The notes: generated by a model from the sequence alone, not told the origin. Shown: positions 37,295 through 51,150, numbered from the whole stretch's first letter. The stretch is DNA of 63,911 nucleotides, filler included, from Octopus bimaculoides (GCF_001194135.2; 5 parts of 5 records of this genome joined end to end with filler, not necessarily neighbours in it); one strand, 5' to 3'. Made by a program: numbers and translations.

Positions 37295-37814
37295 CTGACA
37301 TAGATATGTGTACGTGTGTGTATGCTTACATATACGCACAAAATACATACATATCTAGTATTAGTTTCTCAATCAATTTTCACTGTATATATTTGTATTG
37401 CATGTCTGTGGACCTTTATATATTTCTAACACCGCCATTTTTAATACTTTGCGGGCTTTTTTCGTTATACAATATTTGCATCGTGTTGTAGTTTAATTGG
37501 AATCTTGAAAACATAAGTTGTATATGTGTACACGACTGTGTAGTTGAGACGCTCGCTTTGCAACCGTAAAGTTTCAGGTTTAGTCCATTGCACTGCACTG
37601 TGGTCTATAGAGCCATCTTTTAAGACCTGGTGGAGACCATTTTTCTCCAGGTCTGACTACAGTCAGTTTCCTCAACAAGAGACAAAATAGAAAGCCACAG
37701 ATCCCAGAATAGGAGCGATATTCTATTTAACGTTTCCGAATGGATGAAAGATAGCATCGGCCTCGGTGCAATTTAAACACAGGGCACAGTAAACCAGAAC
37801 AATGGCTGTAAAGT

Positions 37815-37975
37815 AGGCGTGGCTATGTGGTAAGAAGTTTATTTCTCAACCACAAGGTTTCGGGTTTAATCCCACTGCGTGGAACCTTGGGCAAGTGTCT
37901 TCTACCATAGTCTCAAGTTGACCAAGACCTTGTGAGTGGATTTGATTGACGGAAACTGAAAGAAACCCGTGAATA
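37815..37975 (+). mobile_element. SINE family A head and core
   Basis: ggcgtggctatgtggtaagaag...ccttgggcaagtgtcttctac...gacggaaactgaaagaa. Confidence 0.85.
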
Positions 37976-38049
37976 TGTATATGTATGTATATGTATGTAT
38001 GTATATATATATATATATATGTGTGTGTGTATACACATGTATATATATA

Positions 38050-38259
38050 TATTCTTTTAGTTGTTTCAGTCATTTGACTGGGGCCATGCTAGAACACCGC
38101 CTTTTGTCGAACAAATCGACCCCAGGACTTATTCGTTGTAAGCCTAGTACTTATTCTATCGGTCTCTTTTGCCGAACCGCCAAGTTACGGGAACGTAAAC
38201 ACACCAACATCACTCAAGAGATGGAGGGGGGTCAAACACAAACATACAAACATATCCAT

Positions 38260-38292
<33 letters not shown>

Positions 38293-38440
38293 CACACACA
38301 CGAGGGGCTACTTTCAGTTTCTGTCTACCAAATCCGAGGCTATAGTAGAAGACACTTGCCCAAGGTGCCACGCAGTGGGACTGAACCTGGAACCATGTGG
38401 TTGGTACGCAAGTTACTACGCAGCCACTCCTGCACCTATA
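38050..38440 (-). mobile_element. SINE family A, near full length
   Basis: Head at 38435 (ggagtggctgcgtagtaa), tail at 38055. Confidence 0.88.
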
Positions 38441-39373
38441 TATAGATTTCCTGTCTTTTACCCAGGAAGCCCATGTTCGATTCCCGGCATAGGAACGTTA
38501 ATTTTGCCGTTCGGAGTGACGTGCTTAGTAAAGCAGCCCAGTGGCGGTGCTCCAGCATGACCACATACTTAGGGTTGAAACGTATAGAAGAATAAAAGTA
38601 TATGCATACACACATACACACACACACACACATAAAGATTTGTTTGTCCATTTGTCTGTCATGTCTGTGTGTCAATTTATCTGCTTGTCTGAATGCCTGC
38701 CTGCCTGCCTGTCTGCCTGCTTGTCTGTCTATCTGTCTGTTTACCAATCTGTTTCTCAATCTTCTATTTCTATATACACAAATGTGTGCGTATATGAGTG
38801 TATATGCTATAAACGCAAGCATAAGTGTGTGATTGTAGGTATAACTGTGCGTGTGTACAAGTGTGTGCGCGCGTATAAGTGTGTGCGTTCGTGTGTATGC
38901 ATGCATTCATCTATATATGTATGTAATCCGAGTGCAGAGTTCTTTGTCTCAGTATTGTAAACCTCTGTTTACAGACGATCATTTTGTCTATAAATATCTC
39001 CCTTCCTGTCTTTGCAACTGAAAGGCGAACCTTTCTACCCCAATACCCGCCACCTCCCGTCACCCAGATACCCCTCACCTAATAACCAAACGTTTCTATC
39101 CCACCTACATTGTCCTCCAGTTCCCTACCACCACCAACACACATCCACTCTCAGTGCTGAATAAAGAGAAAATGATGAAAGCGTCCACCTTTTTGTAGCT
39201 GACATATCAATTGTAACGCCATACCCCTTCTAACTTCGTTATAATCGACGGAAGCCATTGTACGTATCTATCTGTTTGCATGTATGTTATATATAACATA
39301 CATACATACATACATACATACATACATACATACATACATACATACGTACATGCATGCATGCATGTATGCATAC

Positions 39374-39408
<35 letters not shown>

Positions 39409-39783
39409 CATATGTGTATATATTATGTATGAACGTATGTATCTATTTATATGTGTTCATAAATGAATGTATGTTTGTATGTATGTTGTACAGTATGTAT
39501 GTAGATACATTAATTTGTTGCTGTANNNNNNNNNNNNNNNNNNNNNNNNNNNNNNNNNNNNNNNNNNNNNNNNNNNNNNNNNNNNNNNNNNNNNNNNNNN
39601 NNNNNNNNNNNNNNNNNNNNNNNNNNNNNNNNNNNNNNNNNNNNNNNNNNNNNNNNNNNNNNNNNNNNNNNNNNNNNNNNNNNNNNNNNNNNNNNNNNNN
39701 NNNNNNNNNNNNNNNNNNNNNNNNNNNNNNNNNNNNNNNNNNNNNNNNNNNNNNNNNNNNNNNNNNNNNNNNNNNNNNNNNNN

Positions 39784-39834
<51 letters not shown>

Positions 39835-40131
39835 ATACACATACATATGTTATAATGCATGAAATAGAGCGAATATTTCAGCCAAATAGGCAGAAATATA
39901 CACACACACACACATACACATATATGCCTGCATGTATATACATGTGTGTGTGTGTGTGCATATATATGCATACACACACACATCTACATGTATGTAAGAC
40001 TGGCATTCGTTTGCCTCGCGCCTCGCACTATCATGAATCTGCACCTGGGAAATCTTCTCTCAGCCTCGTTTGCAGAATATCTGCTGAGTTTGTCAATGTG
40101 TGTTGTGTGTGTACGTGCGTGTGCGAGTAAG

Positions 40132-40242
<111 letters not shown>

Positions 40243-41324
40243 GGAAAGAGAGAGTGAAAGAAAGAGAGACAGAGATGGAGTGAGAAATTACGTATATGAA
40301 TATCTAATATTGATTCACCGACACGAAATTCTGTATTAATAATAATAATCTCTTGTGTAATTTAGTCATGTTCGACTTTGACTCCAACACAAGCAAATGC
40401 AGACACTCGCTGGAACACAAGCCAGCTCTCCTGCCATATGTATATATATATGCATCTTAAGTTACCATGCAAAGGCAAACGAATGGAAGCGATAGTCTAT
40501 TAACCAACGTAATGTTCAGCCGTTTGGTTTTGTGCTAAATATTAGAGGCTGAAGGTGTAACGCATTTTCTGTGATAAAAGGGTAAATAAGAGAAAGAAGA
40601 TGCTAAATGAATTCTTAGTCACACATGTAACATTCATCTATTGTTATCATTGTTGTTGTTATTGTTGTTGGTGGTGGCTGAAACCCTAGTGAATCAAAAT
40701 GGCGGATACCTATGAGCAATGGGATTTTACCAACGGCAATCCTGTTTTGATTTTTGGCTCGAGCAGGGAAAGTATGTAGCAACTTTTGGAAGCGAAGCAA
40801 AATTGTATTGTTTGTTAAATAGTACCACACCATATATATACATACACACACTCACACACGCACACACACGCATACACACACACACACGCACTCACGCATT
40901 CACGCACGCATGCACACACGCACACATATATATTATACTGTTCCGTGATGGTACAATCAAACATGAAGTATTCCATCTGATGAAAGAGAAATATCATCTA
41001 ATAAACACAGTGTATATTTTTCATAAGCTACGAATAGTTTCATCCGATGAAAACATCTTAGACACGTCTGGTGCCTTCACGCAATGCTCAGGCTGTGCCC
41101 ACGTGGCATAACAATCTAATAGAGAACGATATAATGAGAGAAAAAAAAAAGAATGAGAAAAGGCGAGAAAGAAGTAGATGTAAGAGATGGATCGTTGAAA
41201 AACCGGAAAACCGAAAAAAGAAAGAGGGAGAGAATTAGAATGTCCCCTTTGACCGTAAAGTCATAAGGCTGAATAGATAGGGGCTTAGATTCTGCGGTAT
41301 AACTGCTCTATCCGGAGAGGGTAG

Positions 41325-41515
41325 TATTTTCCAGTTCGCCAGCAGGAACTTATCCATATTCACCGCACTGCTGAAAATTTCAGATCTGGAATTCAGCAGT
41401 GCGGTGAAGTTCTTAGATCTGAAAAGGATCTGTGCTCTTTCAGCTACGTATCTGTTGACATATGGTGTGAACTTTTCAACTATTTTCCACTTCATTGTAT
41501 GTGGTGCGGCGTTAG
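41325..41515 (-). mobile_element. Penelope-like element C-terminus
   Basis: KWKIVEKFTPYVN...ILF...LLNSRSEIFS....DKFLLANWK. Confidence 0.82.
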
Positions 41516-42757
41516 ACTTCAAACCCTATACGTGGCTAGCCAACTTAGTGGCTTTACTCTCGTCCCTGTGCCGGAAAGAAGGTATGTGGTTAGCATAGCG
41601 ATTTTTTAAATCGCCTTCACATAGTGCGATGTAGCTCTTCTTTTCGATTACGTTATTATCTACCGTTGCTATAATGTTTGACTCATATGTGACGGATTTA
41701 ATCATGCATCCTTGGTCGAGTGGACAGGTTCTTAGGTCTCTACATTTACAACTGGGAGTGTGTATGCATTTACATAAAACAAGAAAACTAGTGGAGTCTA
41801 AAAATTCAACAACTGCTGTTTTAGTAACATTTTTTTTTATCTAAGCATCGTTCGATTATCACGATTACATCATGAAAAAATCCGTTCTCATCAGATCATT
41901 TTAAACATAGGTAAGAGAATAAATTCAAATCGATTCACCTTGCCAGCCATCGGCAGACTGAGTGAGTATATTAGAAGATTTAAATTTTAAAGGAGCTATT
42001 AGCAATACATGTATGTATATATATATTTATGTATACACAGAAATGTAATGCAATGCAGTTCGTTATAAAAAATATAGAAAATACAAAGCAACCTTGAGTG
42101 TAGAGGTTAATAAAATAATTAGTGAATTATGATTATTTATCTAAAATAAGTATATTTACATCAAACAACAATATTTGGAACTCGCTGGGATAGAAACGTT
42201 TGCAAGGGGTGTACCTCATGTCATATGAATATGAGTTGTTTCTCTTTATTGGTTGGAAATTAGAAACTTATATATATTCATCACATGATGCGCTTAAAGA
42301 CTGTGGCTATGAGGGGAAGAAAATGAAAAGAAAATGGGGCGGAAAAGGAGAAAAAGAAAAAAATGGGGGAAGGAAAATGTAAGTCGGCTACCGATAAAGA
42401 TACTATTGAAAAATATGAATATATAAGAAGGATAATTTGAATTCAGGAATTCGGTCCCAGGTGAGGTGAAATAAGTTCAGTAATGTCAGCTTATGAAATA
42501 TACACTCGTGTAATCATGCATATATGCACACATGTAAATATATATACCCACATGCAACATGTACATACATTAAATAATTAATAAAATGTGTATAGAGGAT
42601 TCAGAGATATCAAAATTAAGGTGGAGAAAGTTATGCCCGATTACATAGAAAATGAAAGCATTCGAAACGCAGACGAAGTGAACTTTGAGTGTAGAACCAT
42701 TTATCTATTGCTAGCATTAAAGCCAATTTTCTGTTTAGTAAATATCTACCAAAATGA

Positions 42758-43089
42758 TCACGGTTTCGATTCCCAGACCGGGCGTTGTGAGTGTTTATTG
42801 AGCGAAAGCACCCAAAGCTCCACGAGGCTCCGGCAGGGGGTGGTGGCGAACCCTGCTGTACTCTTTCACCACAAATTTCTCTCACTCATACTTCCTGTTT
42901 CTGTTGTACCTGTATTTTCAAAGGGCCAGCCTTGTCACACTGTGTCACGCTGAATATCCCCGAGAACTACGTTAAGGGTACACGTGTCTGTGGAGTGCTC
43001 AGCCACTTGCACGTTAATTTCACGAGCAGGCTGTTCCGTTGGTGGGATCAACTGGAACCATCAACGTCATAAGCGACGGAGTGCCAACA
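42758..43089 (+). mobile_element. 5'-truncated SINE family C with 10-bp TSD
   Basis: Highly similar to 10576-10962; TSD accaaaatga at 42748-42757 and 43090-43099. Confidence 0.9.
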
Positions 43090-43102
43090 ACCAAAATGAC
43101 GT

Positions 43103-43160
43103 CATTTTGTAAAAAAAGTTCGGCATTTTGTAAAAAAAGTTCGGCATTTTGTAAAAAAAG
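43103..43160. repeat. 21-bp tandem repeat cattttgtaaaaaaagttcgg, about 2.8 copies
   Basis: Seen directly. Confidence 0.85.
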
Positions 43161-44021
43161 TAGCATTTATAAGTAGATACCTATTTTGCCCTACATATAA
43201 ATTGCAAATTTTATTTTGTTGTCGTATGATCTGCATGGTTCAGTGATCATCTTAATGTTAAAGTCATTAACAAGTTTGTTTCAAATACCAGCAGCAGTTG
43301 GACAGCTTCTTTGCTTTCAGCCTTTCTTTCTATCTTCAAATAAGACGTATGATTGAAGCTTCGTACCTTAAATTGACCTTCTCTCATACCTATATTGTGT
43401 TTGCGCACGGCACCAAACGTGGAGGTTGCGCAGTGATATGCACAGATATGCGTATATTCACAGAGACGCACAGAAAATGCACATACGCACACACACGCAG
43501 AGACACACATACATTTAGGTAATTTCTTTTCCCGATAGAAATATTGAGAAACATTTATATTTTGGTTACTCAGTGTATGTGTGTGTGCATACGAGTGAGT
43601 GAGTGAGTCATTGTGAGTGAGTGAGTGTGTGAGTGTGTGTGCGTGTGTGAGCGAGAGCGAGAGAGAGAGAGAGTGCGTTTATGTTTGTATGAGCGAGTGT
43701 ACTTTTCGTTTCGCTGTATATGTGCTTGTCGCTTAGCATCTCTTATTTATGTGTGTGTGTGTGAGCCTATGTATATATGTATGTTTATCTATCTATCTAC
43801 CTTATCTATCTATCTATCTATCTGTCTGTCTATCTATCTATGTTGAGAAAGTGATGTGAAAGATTATGGAAAGAGTGGGAGAGAAAACGAGAAATAATTG
43901 TGATGGATGGATACAGACCGATATATATATATATATATATATATGTTTGTATGTATGTATGTTTAAATATATGAATGTTTGTATACGTATGTGTGTGAGT
44001 GTGTGCGTATACAGATATACT

Positions 44022-44070
<49 letters not shown>

Positions 44071-44163
44071 GAAGACTTGCTGGCGATGGTCGTTACGTTT
44101 CTATTGTCTCTAAACAAACCCGATTAAAGTACATTAGGTCCCTTGTTGTCATTGATACGGGTG

Positions 44164-44177
44164 GTTTCCATGGTAAC
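44164..44177. promoter_or_regulatory. RFX X-box motif GTTTCCATGGTAAC
   Basis: Exact fit to GTTNCCATGGNAAC in a short unique island between microsatellites. Confidence 0.4.
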
Positions 44178-44292
44178 AAAACAATGCGTATCCATGCATG
44201 CGTTCAGTGTTCGTTAATGTACTTGTATGTATGTGCCTGTGTGTGCCTCTGTGTGTGTGTGTGTGCGTGTGCGTGTGCGTGTGCGTGCGTGT

Positions 44293-44326
<34 letters not shown>

Positions 44327-45968
44327 TTGTGTGCAGATAGATACATATTCATTTGCAGCATCATAAGACACGCGTTCTGACAATACAAGATGGAAAATGT
44401 TTGAAGCTGTTTAAGCTTTTCTGTTTATTTGTCCTTTCGTAATGAGTACACATACACACACACACATACACACACACACATACACACACACATACACACA
44501 AACACATGCACGCGCGCGCGCAAGCACGCACATACACTCACACATGCACACACACAGACACGCACACGAACACGTACATACAGAGGTACGCACACACACA
44601 CACACGCATACACTAATGCAAAGATTCAGATGAGTAAGCATGTAAACACACTTACCGCGCACACACGCAACTGGCACACACACAAACAGATATAGTCTTA
44701 CATTCTCACACAAACAGATGTATGTATACATAGTCACATTTGTATGCAAACAAGCGTATAGTCACACTGACATACACACACACACATACGCATTATCAGT
44801 TAGAGACAGAGAAACACACACACGCATATACATGCGTACACACACACGCATATACATGCGTACACACAGATAAACACGGATATAGGTACACATTTAAACG
44901 CACGCACACATATACATTCACACGCACGCACTCACATTTACATGAAATCATATTCATACACATACATCTACACACAATTTTTTATGCATTGACAGCGAAA
45001 TGAATCCAATATGGCGTTTATTGTAATGTCTTTGAGATACAACGGCAGCACGGTTTCAATTTTAGTTGAGATTTCACTTCATTTTACTTCATTCATTCAC
45101 GCTAGTAACATTCTATGGAAAGACACGAACCATTCCGGATCCTATTTCTGCACCTCTCCTTCTATACCTCGTGGAAAACAAACGAGTGTATGTTTCCCAG
45201 GATGCCGTATCTCTAGTCAATGGACAAATTAAATTTTACAAAAATCTGCAATTGCTCTTCGAATAGGAAATATCAGACGTCGAAAACCTGTCAGTCTTTC
45301 AGCGTGTCGAAGTGTCTCTCTGTAAATGTGTGTGTCTGTAGCGGTTTCACTCTCTCACATTCTCATTTCAATGTATGTATGTATGTATGTATGTATGTAT
45401 GTATGTATGTATGTATGTATGCATGTATGTATGTACGTAATACAAATAATAAATGAGTATATGCATATATACGCACATGTATGTACATACCTACATCTAC
45501 ATGTATATATAGATGCATATCTGGGTACAGGACGTTGCAAAAAGACGTGGGCAATGCAACCATTACATCAATTTAAATGCAGAGCAATCCTCAGCTGCAC
45601 AACGACATAGAATTTAATTGAATTAAAACAGATGGACACATAAGTATAATTTTGCCTAAAATCTCCAAGAAGTTAAGGAGATAGNNNNNNNNNNNNNNNN
45701 NNNNNNNNNNNNNNNNNNNNNNNNNNNNTTAATTAATTAANNNNNNNNNNNNNNNNNNNNNNNNNNNNNNNNNNNNNNNNNNNNGTAGAAGAGGAAGAAG
45801 AAGCAGAAGCAGAACAACAATAACAACAACAACAACAAAACTAAATTTAAATGCTTTTCAACAGCTGTAATCTCCTCTCTTCGGCCAAGCAACTTAGTTT
45901 AGTAGTTAGATCGCTGCTGTCCTTTTAATATGAAAAAAGCATACGCTCGCGCAAATAAGTGGAAAACG

Positions 45969-46021
<53 letters not shown>

Positions 46022-46309
46022 GGTTGAGTTGGTAGTGTTGGCAATGAGAAGTAGGACTATCTAATATGGTTCTTGCCCTCAGTCTCGTCGTCTTGCCCAA
46101 TGCCCAGTACCCAATGCTCCCCTCCTCCGTCATTCGGTCAGCTTCTGTCCAAATCGTTTCCAATTAGCATCGCACATGTAGTTAATTCCTTCTCACTTCA
46201 CTACCGAATCCACCATAACGACGACGACGACGACGACCACCACCACCACCACTACCACTAAAACACCCCCAACCAACATTACCCCACCATCATCACCACT
46301 ACCACCATA

Positions 46310-46373
<64 letters not shown>

Positions 46374-46624
46374 TCATCCCACCGTTGCTACTACTTTCAT
46401 TTTGTTCATTCGTTATTGTTTCTGATTATTCTTTCAACGATTATTTCTTCAATTTCTGTTTTAAGTTCCCCCACCCCCGCTTCATTCTTTTGCAGCCTCT
46501 GTTCTTTTCTAGCCTTTTTTCAAAAACAACTTTTTCCGCTACACCACTCTCCCGCACTCTGTCACTGCACACACACACAGGCACGCGCGCGCGCGCCAGC
46601 GTCTTTCTTTCGCTCTAAAATCCA

Positions 46625-46810
46625 ACGCGGTCGCCTTGGCTGTGTAGTAAAAAGTTTGCTTCCATGTCACATGAGTCCGGGCTTAGTACTACTGCGCAGA
46701 AACTTGGACAAGTGTCTTCTATTACCCCAGGCCCACCAAAGCCAAAGTAGCTTCGGTAGATTTGGTAGACGGAAACTGAAAGAAGTCCCTTCAATATATA
46801 TATATTTATA
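46625..46810 (+). mobile_element. SINE family A head and core, ending in (TA)n at the mariner insertion
   Basis: ggctgtgtagtaaaaagtttgc...cttggacaagtgtcttcta...gacggaaactgaaagaag. Confidence 0.75.
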
Positions 46811-47719
46811 TTGGGTCATCCCATAAATAATGCGATTTTTCCAATTGCATGAAAAGTCGGAGGAGGACGGGATAAATTACCTGCATCAACTTGCTATAAA
46901 AACAGGTAGTAATTCTACCTTGTACTTATTCTTAGTGCAAGTTTTGAAGAGTACAGCTCGATGTTAACGGTTATTTTTTCAAAGCTATAATGGAAGTGAC
47001 AAAGGAATATATTCGGCATATTTTGTTTAATAAAGGCAACAGCGCAACGGAAAGTGCGAGGAATCTTAATGCAGTGTATGGGGATGGGACAATAAGCGTA
47101 AACCAGTGTCAACGGTGGTTCCAGAAATTCCGAACCGGAAACTACGGCTAGAAGACAAGCCCCGTCCTGGAAGATCTTTAAATCTCCACGAGGACGTCCT
47201 GCAAACCCTGGTGGAACAAAATTCCATCGTAACTGTTGAGGAACTGGCAGAGAAACTTAGATTTGGTCATTCATCTGTTCATCGACACCTGCGCTAGAAG
47301 AAAAACAACCATCTTTGGTTTCAAGACGAAAGGTGTTCTTCCATCAGAATAATGCTCGGCCACATACAGGATGACACTCCAAAGGCTGGAGCAGTTTAAA
47401 TGGGAAACGATGCCTCACCCACAATATTCACCGGACATTGCTCCATCTGATTATCATTTATTCCGCGGTCTTCAAAATCATTTGAACGGAAAAAAATATG
47501 AATTCTGTAGACGAGATCAAAATAGTACTGGAGGTGTATTTTTCGTCACAGACAAGTGAATTTTGGAAGAGGGGCCTTGCAAGTCTACCTAGATGGATGG
47601 AACAACATTGTAGAAAATGAAGGAGAGTATATTTTAGATTAAAAAAGTACTTTGTTTATCTTAATTTTGAAAAATAAAAGAAGTATAAACAAATCCGCAT
47701 TATTTATGGGATGACCCAA
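46811..47719 (+). mobile_element. Non-autonomous mariner, 909 bp, both TIRs present, internally deleted transposase
   Basis: 24-bp perfect TIR ttgggtcatcccataaataatgcg; TA on the left, TC on the right. MEVTKEYIRHIL..., RWFQKFRTG, HPQYSPDIAPSDYHLF; the N-terminal part of the DD34D domain is missing. Confidence 0.95.
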
Positions 47720-48186
47720 TCTATACATATATAAAACAAACTTATTTTATTCCACACGGGTAGAAATTTAGGAAAAATAGAAGTTGAAAATGCACTAAGA
47801 ATAATTATAAGAGTTTTTATTAATATATTTACAGCTTTAACCGGCTTCACAGTTTACACTGATTTTCAAAACGTTGAAACAGAAAGACGTGACTTATGTC
47901 GCAGCTGTCTTGCTTCTGACTAGTGTTTGAAGCTCGCCCTATTTNNNNNNNNNNNNNNNNNNNNNNNNNNNNNNNNNNNNNNNNNNNNNNNNNNNNNNNN
48001 NNNNNNNNNNNNNNNNNNNNNNNNNNNNNNNNNNNNNNNNNNNNNNNNNNNNNNNNNNNTACGTCCGTGTGTTAGAATCAAGTGTCACCAAACATCGTCA
48101 CTTGATACTAACACACGGACGTAGCGGGAAACCTACAAAAATTTCTTGGATCAGTCATGTGATTATCCTCTACTATTCAAATCGAT

Positions 48187-48223
<37 letters not shown>

Positions 48224-49191
48224 TGTACTAAAACGAACGTTCTCAATACCTTCTGCCTGATTCGGACGTGAATAAGCCGGTCGCTGTTGTTTATCGTCAT
48301 TGGAGAACATCTCCCTTCAGATGACGTGTGTTCATAACACACGCGATTCGTTGATGTAAGTGGACTTTAGGACAGCGTGATGTTTTGACTTCATTATGTG
48401 TCTCTTCAGTCAAGGCTACTCCCGGATCAAGGAACCTAGCTAAAGCACTGCCTTTAGAAACAATGAATCAAATTATTTGCTGGTGTGTTGATATTAGGTA
48501 ATTGATCATAATTCAAGAGGTGCACGCAGTACAGCAAGAGTCAAAATAATAGCATTTTTTTTCATTCTCAATAAAGACTATAGTAGTTCCGACACCTCAG
48601 GTGAAATTGCATGCCTTAAGGATGTCAACAGTCATTGGGTAGGGTTATTAAGTGACAGATGTAGTAGAGATGGAGTTATAAACGCATATAAGAATATGAC
48701 TACATTTCTACTATTGCACTCTAATAAGTTATCCGTCCGTTCACAACTCAAACTTAACGTTTATGAATAGCTTCATACAGAATGTACAAAATTATAATTC
48801 AATACGCACTTTTTTATTTTCTTTCATGAGAACATATTTATTAAATCAACACACCTTACTATCAGAATTTATCTTCTCAAGACCCAAAACATATATCTCC
48901 TAACAGTAAATCAATATTTGATAAGATAGCACGTTACTATATTCTAAACAAATCAATGGTAGCCATTTTAATTTTTTACATTATTATCCCCAGCATCAAG
49001 TCTATTCTACAACATAATTTCGCTTTGGTCTTCTCAACATTAATTTCTCTAATATATACTCACAGTAATGTTATTATACACCCTAAATGTTATTATCTTA
49101 TAACATCATAATAAAATTTAACATTTATGTATTTGTTTTGCAAGATGCCTGATGTGAAATCGTGTGTTGAAACAGATATTGTTATACTTGA

Positions 49192-49235
49192 GGATGGTCA
49201 TATGTTGCCAATTAACTGGCAACATATGACCATCC
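49192..49235. repeat. Perfect hairpin, 19-bp arms and 6-nt loop
   Basis: ggatggtcatatgttgcca-attaac-tggcaacatatgaccatcc. Confidence 0.95.
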
Positions 49236-50490
49236 CCACGCATAACAAAATTTAGCATTATTCTTCAGAAAGTCCTGCCATAGTTAACTAATTTTATCTT
49301 ACTTTATATGACCTACTCTAAATCATTGCTCCCGCTCTGTACGTTCTGAGTTCAAAGTCTGCCGAGGTTGATTATTGCCTTTCATTTTTTGGGGGTTGAT
49401 AAAATAAAGTACAACTTGCCCCTCTTCTTGAATTATTGGCCTTATGTCAAAATTTGAAACCATTATTCATTTATTATTACTTCTTTATCTTCTTTTTATT
49501 ACTATTACTTATTTTCTCAACCTCCTCCTCCTTTATCACAGTTACTTCTTTTAAGTTTAATTTATTTTCCCCTCAAAATCATTCCATGCATATTTTCATA
49601 GCTCTGAATTCTATAATAGTTTCATACATGTTTTAATAGCCTATAAGCTATATCATTTCTTTACTTTTCGTACTGGACTCTTAAATTAATCAACTCTCAG
49701 AACTATAGGCTATATTTTATAATTATTTCTATTTAATAAGTTAAATTTAGTTTCTCTATAAATATCACTTTTAGTTTATCGGTACCTTTATTTACTTTAG
49801 TAATTTTTACGCAGAGAGTGCTATTGTCAGCCTATCTCAACGAAAGAAATTTTTTAATTCGATAATCTCATTGCATTGCATTTTCTATTCATTACATATT
49901 GATATATACTCATTTAATTTGTTTTATATCTTAATTCTTGCATTTAATACACTATAATTCGTACGTATACATTTACTTATTACGTTTAAAGGATACCTTA
50001 AACTCCCTTTGCTAACCATAAATCTCTAAACAGTAGCAAATAGCTTTACATTTATAATTTCCTAAACTCATTTCTACTATTTTCCAATAATTCATACATA
50101 TAACTACTCTAATTTTATAACATTCTAAATGCTTTGTCGTATGACACTGTTTTTCCTTTCTTTTTTTCCATTGTAAACATTAACACAAGGGTCGTAACTA
50201 CAATTCCATTTATAGACTCCCTTATTTCTCAGAGTTACTTTCCAATAGTTCACACATACGTCTTTTTCAATCTCATAACAATAGCCGTCCAAGACAAGTA
50301 AGTAAAGGCCAAACACAGGTTCTATGAGATATCCTTGGAGCATGCGATTTTCTTTCCTTACTCAATAAATAAAGTATAGATTTTATTCAACAACTCGTTC
50401 AGCTTTATTTCTTTGATATAATTTAGTTACACAGAGGTTTTGCAGAGAACGATTATGTATATCACTGTTCTCTCATCATTAATTCATTTT

Positions 50491-51150
50491 AATATCTATT
50501 CTTAAATAAAATATATACATATTGCTGTAGGTACAGCTGTGTGGTTAAGAATCTCTCTTTGCGAACACGCGATTTCGGGTTCAGTCCCACTGCACGGCTC
50601 CTTGGGCAATATCTATTCTTATATAAAATATATACATATTGCTGCAGGGACAGCTGTGTGGTTAAGAATCTCTCTTTGCGAACACGCGATTTAGAGTTCA
50701 GTCCCACTGCACGGCTCCTTGGGCAATATCTATTCTTATATAAAATATATACATATTGCTGCAGGGACAGCTGTGTGGTTAAGAAGCTCTCTTTGCGAAC
50801 GTGCGATTTCGGGTTCAGTCCCACCGCACGGCTCCTTGAGCAAGTGTCTTCAACTATAGCTCCGGATCGACCAATACCTTGTGAGTGAATATACTAGACG
50901 AAAACTGTGTGGAAGCCCGTCGTGTGTATGTGTGTGTGTGTGTCAATTTGCGTTTGACCTTCCTTCTATCACTTGACAACCGGTGTTGGTGTGTTTATTT
51001 AACTTAACGGTTTGACAAAATGAGACCGATAGAATGAGCACCAGGTTTTAAAAATAAGTACTGGGGTCAATTTGTTCGACTAAACATATTAAGGCCGTGC
51101 CCCAGCATGACCGAAGTCCAAAAACTGAAGCTAGTAAAAGATAAAACAAG
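50491..51150 (+). mobile_element. SINE family A whose head plus 5' flank is triplicated in tandem (117-bp unit)
   Basis: Units start at 50491, 50608 and 50725; the third continues into a full SINE body. Confidence 0.88.

Noticed and set aside
50125-50343. 72-aa minus-strand ORF (MLQGYLIEPVFG...)
   Set aside because: No recognisable motif or convincing splice sites; within chance expectation.
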